Made by a program: the position numbers and the translations under genes. From an uncultured Acholeplasmataceae bacterium (GTDB taxonomy: Bacteria > Bacillota_I > Bacilli_A > Acholeplasmatales > Acholeplasmataceae): a stretch of 64,000 nucleotides of DNA. The stretch lies in contig CAYUIK010000038.1 in assembly GCA_964444805.1 (NCBI GenBank), positions 1 to 64,000 of the forward strand. The letters are read 5' to 3'. The notes under the pieces were generated by a model, which worked only from the letters and a program-made list of their open reading frames with translations, did not search any database and was not told the DNA's origin. Shown here piece after piece: positions 48,912 to 58,148 of this stretch. Positions within the stretch are counted from its first letter, which is position 1. Every line of letters begins with the position of its first letter.

Positions 48912-50774
48912 ATGAAACTCGACTATAAAAAGACATTTTATGTTGGTCTCGCATTTTTCATCATCACGATCTTCTGGCAAACCTATGACAACATCATTGC
49001 GAGAATACTGATCGACAAGTTCGGACTTAATCAGACGTGGTCCGGTGTCGTCATGGCGCTAGATAACATGTTCGCCGTGATCCTGCTACCTGTTTTTGGT
49101 GCCTTATCCGACCGCAGCAACCACAAGCGTGGGCGACGAACACCCTTTATCATCGTCGGTACCATATTGGCCGCATTTGCCTTTATGGCGCTATCCTATG
49201 CCGATATTCTCCAAACGAACAAGATTAACGAGACGGACGTCAATAACGTCCACTACGGATTCGCTTTCAACTTCGAGAACCAGGTGTCTGACGCCGAACT
49301 CGAGTCGGTTGAACACTGGGAGACCATCGCCGAACTCATGGATTTGGAACGTCAGAATGCACTTGCCGACGGCAAGATCGATCAAGCGGCATACGATGCC
49401 TTTGTCACGGGGCCTCTCTCTACGATCGAGGGAATTATCAGCGATCACGACAGCGAGGATTACTTCGTCCGATCCGAGTTCGAAGTCCTACTTGAAAGCT
49501 ATTATGACTATCTTGGCTCCGAGGCGTGGCAAAACTCGGTACCCCACTGGCAGATCGTCTTATATCAAATGCAAAACGAACGACTTGATGCCCTCGATCA
49601 AGAGCTCATTACGCAGAAAGAATACGCTGACTGGGATGAGGACGTCAACGAACCGATGTCGAAGATCATCGCGGATCACGACGGTGACGGTACGTTCTCA
49701 CCACGTGAGTTCGCTCCTTTGAAAGAACACTACTACACGTATTTGAGTGCGCGTGCCTGGGAAGTTACCGTAAGCGACCCACTCGTTCTCGTGCTCTTCA
49801 TGTTCATCCTGCTCGTCGCTTTAATCTCGATGTCGGTCTTCCGTTCGCCCGCTGTCGCGCTCATGCCGGATACGACGATGAAACCGTTGCGGTCGAAAGC
49901 GAATGCGATCATCAATCTGATGGGGTCGCTCGCGGCCATCGTTGCACTCGCGATTCTCGCGATTACCAAAGCCGATAAGGTTTCCTACGTGTCCTATACG
50001 ACCGTCTTCATTCTCGTCGGCATCATCATGTTGATCATTCTCGTTGTTTTCCTCTGGAAAGTCAAAGAACCGAGACTCGTCGAAGAGAAGATCAAGGACG
50101 ACTTAAAATACGGTATTACCGATGAAGAAGAGATTCTTGAGACGCAGGAACAAGTCGATCTCGCCCGCAGCAAGCGCCTCTCACTCTATTTGATCCTTCT
50201 ATCGGTTTTCCTGTGGTTCATGGGGTATAACGCCGTCGTTTCGAAAGTCGCGGATTACGCGCCTAAAATCTTGAACATGGGCGCTGCTCTGGCGGTCATG
50301 ATCGCGCATGGTGTCGCCCTCATCGCTTTCATTCCAATCGGGATCATCTCGACTAAGATCGGACGACGTAAGTCGATCCTGATCGGAATCGTCATCCTTT
50401 CCCTCTCGTTTCTAAGCGTGCGTTTCCTAAACGAATCACTGGGATGGGTCATGTATCTCGTTTTCGGTCTAGTCGGAATCGGTTGGGCTACGATCAACGT
50501 CAACTCCTATCCGATGGTCGTCGAGCTTTCCAAGGGTTCGGATGTCGGGAAATATACCGGTTATTATTATACGTTCAGTATGGCCGCTCAAATCGTGACG
50601 CCGATCTTTTCCGGCTTTCTGATGGATACGCTCAGTGGCGGTAGACTCGTTCTCTTCCCGTACGCGACCCTTTTCGTGGCGTCCGCCTTTATCACGATGT
50701 ATTTCGTCAAGCACGGTGATGCCAAGATCGAGAAGAAAGGAATTCTTGAAAGCTTCGATGTCGACATGGACTAA
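48912..50774 (+). CDS. MFS transporter (GPH-like motif A) with a ~190-aa insertion made of two ~85-aa tandem repeats with EF-hand-like loops
   Basis: Motif A GALSDRSNHKRGRRTP and 12 TM helices. Repeats: IISDHDSEDYFVRSEFEVLLESYYDYLGSEAWQNSV versus IIADHDGDGTFSPREFAPLKEHYYTYLSARAWEVTV. Start at the ATG after AAGGGAG (track 48894). Confidence 0.75.
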   Translation: MKLDYKKTFYVGLAFFIITIFWQTYDNIIARILIDKFGLNQTWSGVVMALDNMFAVILLPVFGALSDRSNHKRGRRTPFIIVGTILAAFAFMALSYADILQTNKINETDVNNVHYGFAFNFENQVSDAELESVEHWETIAELMDLERQNALADGKIDQAAYDAFVTGPLSTIEGIISDHDSEDYFVRSEFEVLLESYYDYLGSEAWQNSVPHWQIVLYQMQNERLDALDQELITQKEYADWDEDVNEPMSKIIADHDGDGTFSPREFAPLKEHYYTYLSARAWEVTVSDPLVLVLFMFILLVALISMSVFRSPAVALMPDTTMKPLRSKANAIINLMGSLAAIVALAILAITKADKVSYVSYTTVFILVGIIMLIILVVFLWKVKEPRLVEEKIKDDLKYGITDEEEILETQEQVDLARSKRLSLYLILLSVFLWFMGYNAVVSKVADYAPKILNMGAALAVMIAHGVALIAFIPIGIISTKIGRRKSILIGIVILSLSFLSVRFLNESLGWVMYLVFGLVGIGWATINVNSYPMVVELSKGSDVGKYTGYYYTFSMAAQIVTPIFSGFLMDTLSGGRLVLFPYATLFVASAFITMYFVKHGDAKIEKKGILESFDVDMD

Positions 50775-50835
50775 GTGGTAACGGATATCGTTTCCCCGGT
50801 CTTATAAACATCCCAATGACTAACGAAATCAAGCA

Positions 50836-50870
50836 TAAAAAAAACGCGAGCACCTGATCAGGGTGCTCTT
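50836..50870. terminator. Bidirectional Rho-independent terminator between convergent genes
   Basis: AAAAAAAACGCGAGCACCTGATCAGGGTGCTCTTCTTGTTT. Confidence 0.65.
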
Positions 50871-51607
50871 CTTGTTTCGGGCTCGAAGAATTCGAAGACG
50901 ACGTTATCATAGTGTATCTTGACGAAATCGAGTTGACGCTGGGTTCGGGCGGCGTAACTGATGACCGTAAGCCCTTGTTGATGCGCTTTGGTTGCGTATT
51001 TGTTGGGAAGGTCCGACATGCCGTAGCTGATGAAGTCCGGTTTGGAAAAACGATTGAAAAACATCGATTTCATGAGATACTTATAGATGCGTGTCATCTT
51101 TTTGTTCGTTTTGAAGTACTCGGTGATCTGTCCTCTGACGATCATCGGGTAGTGTCTTTTCAAATAATAGGGAACGAATGGATGAAAGGAAAAGATCGCA
51201 TAGTGACCCTTATAGTCGCTCAGCATTTGAACGAGACGCTCGATGAGTTTTCGTATGTTTCCAAAGGGTTTAATCTCGATCAGAAGGTTGACCTTGCCTT
51301 GCACGAGACCGAGAACCTCGGATAGTCGGGGGATACGTTCATCCGTGCCGAGAAGTCGAAGATCTTTGATGTCATCATACGTCACGTCTTTCAAGGCTCT
51401 TCGGTCACCCGTGAGCCTTTTTAAGTCCTTGTCGTGAAAACAGACGATCGTATGATCTTTCAGAATATTGACGTCGAGCTCGATCGCGTACCCGCGCTCG
51501 AGTGCCTTTTTATAGGCGAGAAGTGAATTTTCCGGAACGCTTTTGTCGTTCGTATGCAGACCGCGATGGGCGATGAGATCTTTTTTTAGCCAGGTGAAAT
51601 CTTTCAT
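50858..51607 (-). CDS. Glycerophosphodiester phosphodiesterase family protein
   Basis: HRGL...ENS and ELDV motifs of the GDPD family. Confidence 0.8.
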   Translation of the reverse strand: MKDFTWLKKDLIAHRGLHTNDKSVPENSLLAYKKALERGYAIELDVNILKDHTIVCFHDKDLKRLTGDRRALKDVTYDDIKDLRLLGTDERIPRLSEVLGLVQGKVNLLIEIKPFGNIRKLIERLVQMLSDYKGHYAIFSFHPFVPYYLKRHYPMIVRGQITEYFKTNKKMTRIYKYLMKSMFFNRFSKPDFISYGMSDLPNKYATKAHQQGLTVISYAARTQRQLDFVKIHYDNVVFEFFEPETRRAP

Positions 51608-51622
51608 GGCGCTCGCCTACTT

Positions 51623-52201
51623 TCAAAAGGGAGAAATGAGGTTGATCAGAATACCAAGCGTCGCGGCGATGAGAATGAGTTTGATGGGAGAGATTTTCCC
51701 GATGAACTTGAGTAAAGCGATGATCACGAGGACGATCAGACCTTCGATACGGAACAAAGACAGGTCGAATGTGCGTTCATTCAAGATCGTGTTCGGGAGA
51801 AACGAGCGAATCGCGAGCGTAACGGATACGCCGATAATCAGTCCGATGACAACGGGCCTAAGGCCAAGAAAAGCCCGTTTGAACCAAACGCTATCGAGTG
51901 CTTTGCTGCCGAAAGCGGCGATCAAAGAGATAATGATGAAAGAGGGCAGGACGACGCCGAGCGTCGTCGCGAAAGCACCGATCAGACCGTACTGATTCAT
52001 GCCGATGAATGTCGCCATGTTGACGGCGAGCGGACCAGGCGTCGACTCACTGATCCCGATGAAATCGACCATGAGGTCGTAGTCGATGTATCCTCGGCCG
52101 ACCATTTCCGCCTGAATCAAAGGAATCATGGCGTAACCGCCACCGAAGGTAAAGAGACCGATCTTGAAAAAGACCCAGAAAAGCGTCAGGATTTCAAGCA
52201 T
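51623..52201 (-). CDS. chrA: Chromate transporter ChrA, half-size subunit
   Basis: FFKIGLFTFGGGYAMIPLIQ signature. Confidence 0.8.
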   Translation of the reverse strand: MLEILTLFWVFFKIGLFTFGGGYAMIPLIQAEMVGRGYIDYDLMVDFIGISESTPGPLAVNMATFIGMNQYGLIGAFATTLGVVLPSFIIISLIAAFGSKALDSVWFKRAFLGLRPVVIGLIIGVSVTLAIRSFLPNTILNERTFDLSLFRIEGLIVLVIIALLKFIGKISPIKLILIAATLGILINLISPF

Positions 52202-52760
52202 CTCGCTTCGCCTCCTTGTAGTTGATGACCATGCTGTAGACGATACCTAATAGAGCACCAAAAAGCAATAGGTATATCGGGCTGACGGACGTGAAAATCG
52301 TCGCGAGGAGTGCCAGAACGAAGACGATCGTGACGAAGCGCGTGAACCGGATCCTGCGGGCAAGTCTGAGACCGGCTCCAAGTATGAGAATTGCGACGCC
52401 TGCCTGGATACCTTCGAAAGCATAGCCGACCAATTTGATTTCTTGGAATTCGATGATGAAAAGCGAAAGAAGAGAAATGAGTAGGAATGAAGGCAAGACG
52501 ACACCGAGCGTCGCGATGAGACTGCCTTTGAATCCGGCAATCCTGTAACCGATGAATGTCGCGGAGTTCACGGCGAAAACGCCGGGAGTAGACTCGGAAA
52601 TCGTCAGAATCTTAAAAATGTCGTCGTTGTTGACCCAGTGTTTCTGGTCGACGACTTCCCGACGCATGATCGGCATCATTGCGAGTCCGCCACCGAATGT
52701 GAAAGCCCCGATCTTGAAAAATGTCAGAAAAAGATTCCATAGCGTGCGTTCTGATTTCAT
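52194..52760 (-). CDS. chrA: Chromate transporter ChrA, half-size subunit
   Basis: FFKIGAFTFGGGLAMMPIMRREVV signature. Overlaps its partner by 8 nt. Confidence 0.8.
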   Translation of the reverse strand: MKSERTLWNLFLTFFKIGAFTFGGGLAMMPIMRREVVDQKHWVNNDDIFKILTISESTPGVFAVNSATFIGYRIAGFKGSLIATLGVVLPSFLLISLLSLFIIEFQEIKLVGYAFEGIQAGVAILILGAGLRLARRIRFTRFVTIVFVLALLATIFTSVSPIYLLLFGALLGIVYSMVINYKEAKRDA

Positions 52761-52852
52761 ACGTTTTTACACCTCGTAAATCATTATAACACAAGTTGCT
52801 TTCAAGCGATGCGCAAACTGTGTTATAATCACTTTGCAAAGGAAGGTAAACT

Positions 52853-54901
52853 ATGAAAAAAACAATGATATGGATTTTGATGTTCGCCCTATTGGGATTT
52901 CTCGCCGGGTGCGAGGATGAGCCCAGTTCGAAGGACATGGTTCCACCAACGATTAGCGGCACGCACGATTTCACACATACGATCGGCGACGAACAGCCCG
53001 ATTACCTCAAGGATGTCACCGCTCATGATCTGAGTGATGGTGATCTGACCGACCGAATGACCGTGGATGATTCGGCTGTCGATCTTCTTGTAGCAGGCAT
53101 TTACGATCTCATTTACCGAGTGCGCGACTTTGACGGTTTCGAGACAACCACGACCGTCCAGGTCATCGTTCTCGAAGAGAAACTCGAGCCCAATACGACA
53201 AGACCGATCTTTCTCGATTTCCAGGACTTCACGCATACGATCGGCGAAGAAACCCCGGATTACTTAGAAACGATCCGCGCATATGACGCGGAAGAGGGAT
53301 ATATTACCGAGCGAATCACCTATGATGACAGTGACGTCGATCTCGAAACGGAAGGGACGTACGATTTGACCTATACGGTTGCCGATTCATTTGGCAATCA
53401 AGCTTCAAAAACCGTCAAGGTCCTTGTGATTGAATCATCGCTTCCCAGCCTGTCCTCTCTAAACATCTACAACATCAACGACACGCATGGTGCGATTCTT
53501 GCAAACGGATCGGAAATGGGTCTCAGTAGAATCGGCAACCTGATCATCGATGAACGGGAAGAGAAACCCGAAGAAACGGTTTTTATCGCCAATGGCGATA
53601 TCCTTCAGGGTACGCTCATTTCCAACTATTTTTTTGGTGAAGCAGCGATTGCCGCACTGAACGCGATGGAACTCGACGCGTTTGTTCTCGGCAATCACGA
53701 GTTCGACTGGGGACTCGAGGTCGTGAGTGAATATTTCAACCCCGAAACGGAAGGACTCAAAGCGGATTTTCCGCTTTTGGGTGCGAATGTCTTTTACAAG
53801 GGCACCCGGGAGATTCCTGCGTTCATCGATCCCTATACGGTTGTGACAAAAGGTGAGCTCGAGGTCGGCATCATCGGTCTCATGGGCTATGGTCTCGAAT
53901 CGAGTATCGCGACTTCTCGGATCGCGGATTATGAATTTGGCGATCCTCTCGTTGAAGCCGCGTATTACAGCGAGTACCTTAGAGTCGAAGAGGGCGTCGA
54001 TGTCGTTATTGTCGCCATCCATGGGGCGAACGACGCCTTCAATCAGGCCGTCGGCGACTTAAGTGGCAACGCCTATGTCGATGCCGTATTCAATGGTCAT
54101 ACGCATCGGGCATATACGAGATTTGAATCGCGTACGGGTGTGAATATGCCCGTCATTCAGTCCGGTGCGAACGGCGAATACGTCGGGCATCTGCACTTGG
54201 ATTTGACGGATGGCGTCGTCACGGGCTATCAGGCGGCGAACTTAAACGGTAATAGCGACGCACGACTCAATCAGAGCAGTGCGATCGTCGATGAAGTGAT
54301 CGCACCGTATCTGGAGGTTGTCGAACCACTTTTGACGGAAACCATCATTACGGCCGGAGAGTACTTGGGCAGAGGAGACCTCACGACCTACATGGCGAGA
54401 TTGATGCGTACGGTTACCGACAGTGATATCGCCTTTCACAATTCCGGTGGCACGAGGACGGACGTTTACGCTTATGAAGCGATGACGATGTCGACGTTAT
54501 ACCAGATCTTTCCTTTCGACAATCGGATCAAGACCGTCTATCTGACCGGTCTCGAGATCAAAGGATTGCTCGCGGATTCCCATTATGCCTATCACGATAT
54601 TCGAGCGGGACTCACCTTTATAGACGATGAACGCTATCTGGTCGCGACCAACGACTACGTGTTCGATTATCCGTCCGCGCCCTTCATATATGGCGTGGAT
54701 CCTGTCGATACCGGTATTCTCATTCGTGACGTGTTCTATGACGTTCTCGTTGAACTCGCTCTGACCGAAGACTATTTCTATCTGGACTCACCGATTCTGC
54801 TTGGTGGTCCGATTACCGCTGTTTCATACGATCCGTTCACCTTGCCGAAACCACTTGGAATCACGCATGTAAACGGTTTTAGAAAGACGGCTGTGATATA
54901 A
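52853..54901 (+). CDS. Lipoprotein: two Ig-like (DUF5011-type) domains fused to a 5'-nucleotidase / calcineurin-like metallophosphoesterase
   Basis: Lipobox LLGFLAGC. Two ~90-aa repeats (DYLKDVTAHDLSDGDLTDRMT... and DYLETIRAYDAEEGYITERIT...). Metallophosphatase motifs (NDTHG, GNHEFD, GHTH) and a 5'-nucleotidase C-terminal domain. Confidence 0.8.
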   Translation: MKKTMIWILMFALLGFLAGCEDEPSSKDMVPPTISGTHDFTHTIGDEQPDYLKDVTAHDLSDGDLTDRMTVDDSAVDLLVAGIYDLIYRVRDFDGFETTTTVQVIVLEEKLEPNTTRPIFLDFQDFTHTIGEETPDYLETIRAYDAEEGYITERITYDDSDVDLETEGTYDLTYTVADSFGNQASKTVKVLVIESSLPSLSSLNIYNINDTHGAILANGSEMGLSRIGNLIIDEREEKPEETVFIANGDILQGTLISNYFFGEAAIAALNAMELDAFVLGNHEFDWGLEVVSEYFNPETEGLKADFPLLGANVFYKGTREIPAFIDPYTVVTKGELEVGIIGLMGYGLESSIATSRIADYEFGDPLVEAAYYSEYLRVEEGVDVVIVAIHGANDAFNQAVGDLSGNAYVDAVFNGHTHRAYTRFESRTGVNMPVIQSGANGEYVGHLHLDLTDGVVTGYQAANLNGNSDARLNQSSAIVDEVIAPYLEVVEPLLTETIITAGEYLGRGDLTTYMARLMRTVTDSDIAFHNSGGTRTDVYAYEAMTMSTLYQIFPFDNRIKTVYLTGLEIKGLLADSHYAYHDIRAGLTFIDDERYLVATNDYVFDYPSAPFIYGVDPVDTGILIRDVFYDVLVELALTEDYFYLDSPILLGGPITAVSYDPFTLPKPLGITHVNGFRKTAVI

Positions 54902-54923
54902 TCGAGTTTGGAGGTATGCTTAT

Positions 54924-55367
54924 ATGATTCCATCATTTGAAAAGCGTGTCCGCGCCTTCGCGATCGATACGTCCGGTGTCGCGCTGCTCATGATTCTTGC
55001 GATTCCGCTCGGTGAAATCTATGCCTATTTGCTTGCCGGACTCGGCTTTATCGGTCTTTACCTCGTACCCTATTTCTTTTCGAGCGGACAGACCTTCGGC
55101 AAGCGCATCCAGAAGATACGTGTCGTCAGAAAAGACGAAAGTCCGGTTCCGGTTTGGCAAGTGCTCACAAGAGACCTTTTCAAACTCTTATTGAGCATCG
55201 GCACATTCGGTATCTATGGCGTCGTCTCCTATTTTTTCTTATCGGATCATTCGAGTCGAGCGCTTCATGATCTGATTTTTCAAACAAAAGTCATCGATTT
55301 GGAACCTCCCCAGGGTAGAGACAATTACATCGGGAAAGGCGAATCGATGCGAAAGCGAGGATTCTAA
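54924..55367 (+). CDS. RDD family membrane protein
   Basis: FAIDTSGV...GQTFGKRIQKIRVV typical of RDD; 3 TM helices. Confidence 0.65.
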   Translation: MIPSFEKRVRAFAIDTSGVALLMILAIPLGEIYAYLLAGLGFIGLYLVPYFFSSGQTFGKRIQKIRVVRKDESPVPVWQVLTRDLFKLLLSIGTFGIYGVVSYFFLSDHSSRALHDLIFQTKVIDLEPPQGRDNYIGKGESMRKRGF

Positions 55368-56893
55368 TGAAAAAAATGATATTATGGATCATCCTAGTAT
55401 CATCGGCCGTTCTTTTCGTCGGTTGTGACGAGAAGAAGACGACCGAAGAAAGCGAACTCAATCCCCATAACGATACCTACTATCAGATTTTCGTCCGGTC
55501 GTTCGCCGATAGCGACGGTGATGGCATCGGTGATTTGAACGGGATTACCGAAAATCTCGATTATCTCGAGGATTTCGGTGTGACCGCGCTTTGGCTTTTG
55601 CCGATCAATCCCTCACCCTCCTATCACGGATACGATGTCACCGATTATTACGGCATCAACGAGGATTACGGGACGATGGACGATTTCAAGAATTTGATTA
55701 CGGAGGCCGAATCTCGCGGCATCAAGATTTTGATCGATCTCGTCATTAATCACACATCGGATCAGCATCCCTGGTATATCGGCGCACAAAATCCGAGCAG
55801 TGCCTATCGTGACTTTTATATCTGGGATAACGGAAACGCATTCGAGAGTTTTGGCGGGGGCATGAAGGATTTGAATTTGGCGAACGAAGAAGTCGTTCTC
55901 GAAGTCCAGACGATCATGGATTTCTATCTCGAGATGGGTGTGCACGGGTTCAGACTCGATGCCGCCAAACACTTTTTCGCTAAGCCCGGTATTGCCGGTG
56001 TCGATCTCAAGAACACGCTTTTCATCAATGAGCTCAATCGGTTCATCAAGGAAAAACATCCCGACAGTTACATCGTTTCCGAAGTGTTCGAATACAGCGA
56101 TATCATCTATCCCGATTATTATATCGGTTCCGATTCGGTTTATAATTTCTTCGGTTACAAGACGATCAAGGACAAGGTTGGTCTGGGAGAGAGCCGTGCG
56201 CTTTTCGTCCGGAACCTTGAACGGTTCTACGATAACATCCGGGAAGTCGACCCGTATTTCGTCGACGCGCCATTTTTAACGAATCACGACCTAGACAGGC
56301 TCGCATCGACACCGGGGTTTTCAACCTATGATTCACTCGCCAAACTCAAACTCGCGAGTCGGATTCTTCTGACGCTTCCCGGTTCACCCTTCATCTATTA
56401 CGGGGAAGAACTCGGCATGAAAGGATACCGTGATTACGCCAATGACGGACAAAACGTGCCCGGATACGGTGTTGCCTACGACGAGTACCGGCGGACGCCG
56501 TTTCTTTGGGGCGACTCCGCGGTCGAAACGACCTGGTTCCCGGATCAGCAAAACGATGCCACAGCCGCTTTGAACGAACAAAAAGACGACGTGGATTCGC
56601 TCTATCATACCTATCGAATGATGAACCACCTAAGACTCGATCACGTCGCGCTTCGCTATGGAAACGACTTTCTTCCTTATCGCGACAACGATACCTTCAT
56701 TCAGGGATATGTTCGATCCTATCAGGATGAAAACGAGGATCAGACGCTTCTGATCATCCACAACCTCTCCTCATCGGATACGTTTGATCTCGATATCGCC
56801 TACGAGACATTGCTCTATGGCGATCTCGCGCTTGATCCCTACGAGTCGCTGATCGTTGAAATCGATACGGACTTGATCGAGGACTATACCTGA
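55367..56893 (+). CDS. GH13 alpha-amylase-family lipoprotein (alpha-glucosidase / neopullulanase-like)
   Basis: Lipobox FVGC. GH13 regions (DLVINHTSDQHPW, GFRLDAAKH, EVFE, LTNHD). Confidence 0.8.
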   Translation: MKKMILWIILVSSAVLFVGCDEKKTTEESELNPHNDTYYQIFVRSFADSDGDGIGDLNGITENLDYLEDFGVTALWLLPINPSPSYHGYDVTDYYGINEDYGTMDDFKNLITEAESRGIKILIDLVINHTSDQHPWYIGAQNPSSAYRDFYIWDNGNAFESFGGGMKDLNLANEEVVLEVQTIMDFYLEMGVHGFRLDAAKHFFAKPGIAGVDLKNTLFINELNRFIKEKHPDSYIVSEVFEYSDIIYPDYYIGSDSVYNFFGYKTIKDKVGLGESRALFVRNLERFYDNIREVDPYFVDAPFLTNHDLDRLASTPGFSTYDSLAKLKLASRILLTLPGSPFIYYGEELGMKGYRDYANDGQNVPGYGVAYDEYRRTPFLWGDSAVETTWFPDQQNDATAALNEQKDDVDSLYHTYRMMNHLRLDHVALRYGNDFLPYRDNDTFIQGYVRSYQDENEDQTLLIIHNLSSSDTFDLDIAYETLLYGDLALDPYESLIVEIDTDLIEDYT

Positions 56894-57702
56894 TGTTTCT
56901 CTTGCGCTATTTCAAATACTCCTTTGAGTACAAGCGCATCTTTGAAAGGCTTAATGAACGAGGGTACAAGGTTTTCATCTATTTTTTGCTGCTAAGTCTC
57001 ATGAGCGCTTTCCCCCTGAACTTTTTGATCGTCCGTGAAACGGGGTGGCGTCTTGACTTTATCGAAGAGAGCTTTCGTCTGGAAACACCGGAGTGGCAAC
57101 TCCCGGAAACGTGTGCGCTGCGTGCGGCGAAACTCGTATGCGACGACGATGTGACTTACCGCTATGAACACCGAGACATCATCTATGTGTTCAACGCCAC
57201 GGACGACGATGTCGATCTCGACATCGAAGCCGTCTATTTTCTCGAAGAGCGGATCGTCTACACCAACGGAAACGAAGCGAGCATGAGCGGGTTCAATTAC
57301 ACCGGTTTCAGCGAACCCGTGAATTTCCAAGAGCTCAATCTCATGAGCGGAAGTGAACGAGAAGAGGCCTATATCGCTTTCGGAATGGCCGTCGAAGAGA
57401 CCTTCGGTCCCTATATCGTCATCTATACCGTGCTCGTCAACACGGTCATCCATATTCTGATCAGTATCGTGTTTGTCATCATGCTCGCCCTCGTCATTCA
57501 GTTGTTTAAGTTCGGATCTTCGAGTTTCATGAATTTTCGAGAAAGCATGAAACTGATCGTGTTTCTGATGGGACTCCCGGCGGTCCTAAGTCTTCTGATC
57601 GGCTTGTTCGTCCCGGCGTTTTCTACGGTCATCTACCAGTTGTCGATGGGAATCATTACGATGCTCGTCATGCTCGTTTACGGAAAGAAACAGTTCAATT
57701 GA
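56893..57702 (+). CDS. DUF1189 (YvdJ-like) membrane protein
   Basis: Membrane protein of the family found in Bacillus maltodextrin operons (yvdJ). Start overlaps the amylase stop. Confidence 0.5.
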   Translation: MFLLRYFKYSFEYKRIFERLNERGYKVFIYFLLLSLMSAFPLNFLIVRETGWRLDFIEESFRLETPEWQLPETCALRAAKLVCDDDVTYRYEHRDIIYVFNATDDDVDLDIEAVYFLEERIVYTNGNEASMSGFNYTGFSEPVNFQELNLMSGSEREEAYIAFGMAVEETFGPYIVIYTVLVNTVIHILISIVFVIMLALVIQLFKFGSSSFMNFRESMKLIVFLMGLPAVLSLLIGLFVPAFSTVIYQLSMGIITMLVMLVYGKKQFN

Positions 57703-57705
57703 CAA

Positions 57706-57740
57706 AAAGAGAGCGAACCGACTTGGTTCGCTCTTTTTGG
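57706..57740. terminator. Bidirectional Rho-independent terminator
   Basis: CAAAAAGAGAGCGAACCGACTTGGTTCGCTCTTTTTGG. Confidence 0.7.
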
Positions 57741-57749
57741 TAGTTCCAA

Positions 57750-58136
57750 TCAATCGATCTTTAAATGGTCTTCCCCCGGGGATATTCCGGGTTCGGTGAC
57801 GCTCTTGTTGATCAAAAACGTATGATAGCCATAGGTGACATCCTCATCCGCGTAATCGTCTTCATGCTCGTAGAGGTAAACCGTAAGCGTATAGGATTCG
57901 GTTCCGATCCTCGAGAAGTTTTTCTGATACCTTTGTCGCGCGATGTCGGTGGTGATTTCCACGAGGGCATCCATATCGGTGATCGGTTCGGGAATGACGA
58001 CGTGAACGTCGATCGTTTGAAATCCGAGTCGTTCATTCATGACGTTGACATCGAGTGTGTCACCTTCACTGCCGTTACAACCGACCAAAACGATCAGTGC
58101 GGCCAGAACCATAATGATTGTGATTGCTTTTTTCAT
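57750..58136 (-). CDS. Hypothetical lipoprotein co-transcribed with pullulanase
   Basis: Lipobox VLVGCNG and RBS AGGAGGG. Starts 12 nt after the pullulanase stop. Confidence 0.6.
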   Translation of the reverse strand: MKKAITIIMVLAALIVLVGCNGSEGDTLDVNVMNERLGFQTIDVHVVIPEPITDMDALVEITTDIARQRYQKNFSRIGTESYTLTVYLYEHEDDYADEDVTYGYHTFLINKSVTEPGISPGEDHLKID

Positions 58137-58148
58137 AGTATGTCCCTC

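Noticed and set aside
51623-52760. ChrA split into two ~190-aa ORFs; considered a frameshifted pseudogene
   Set aside because: Both halves carry an intact FGGG chromate-transporter signature with their own start and stop and an 8-nt overlap. Paired short-chain ChrA genes are a known natural arrangement.
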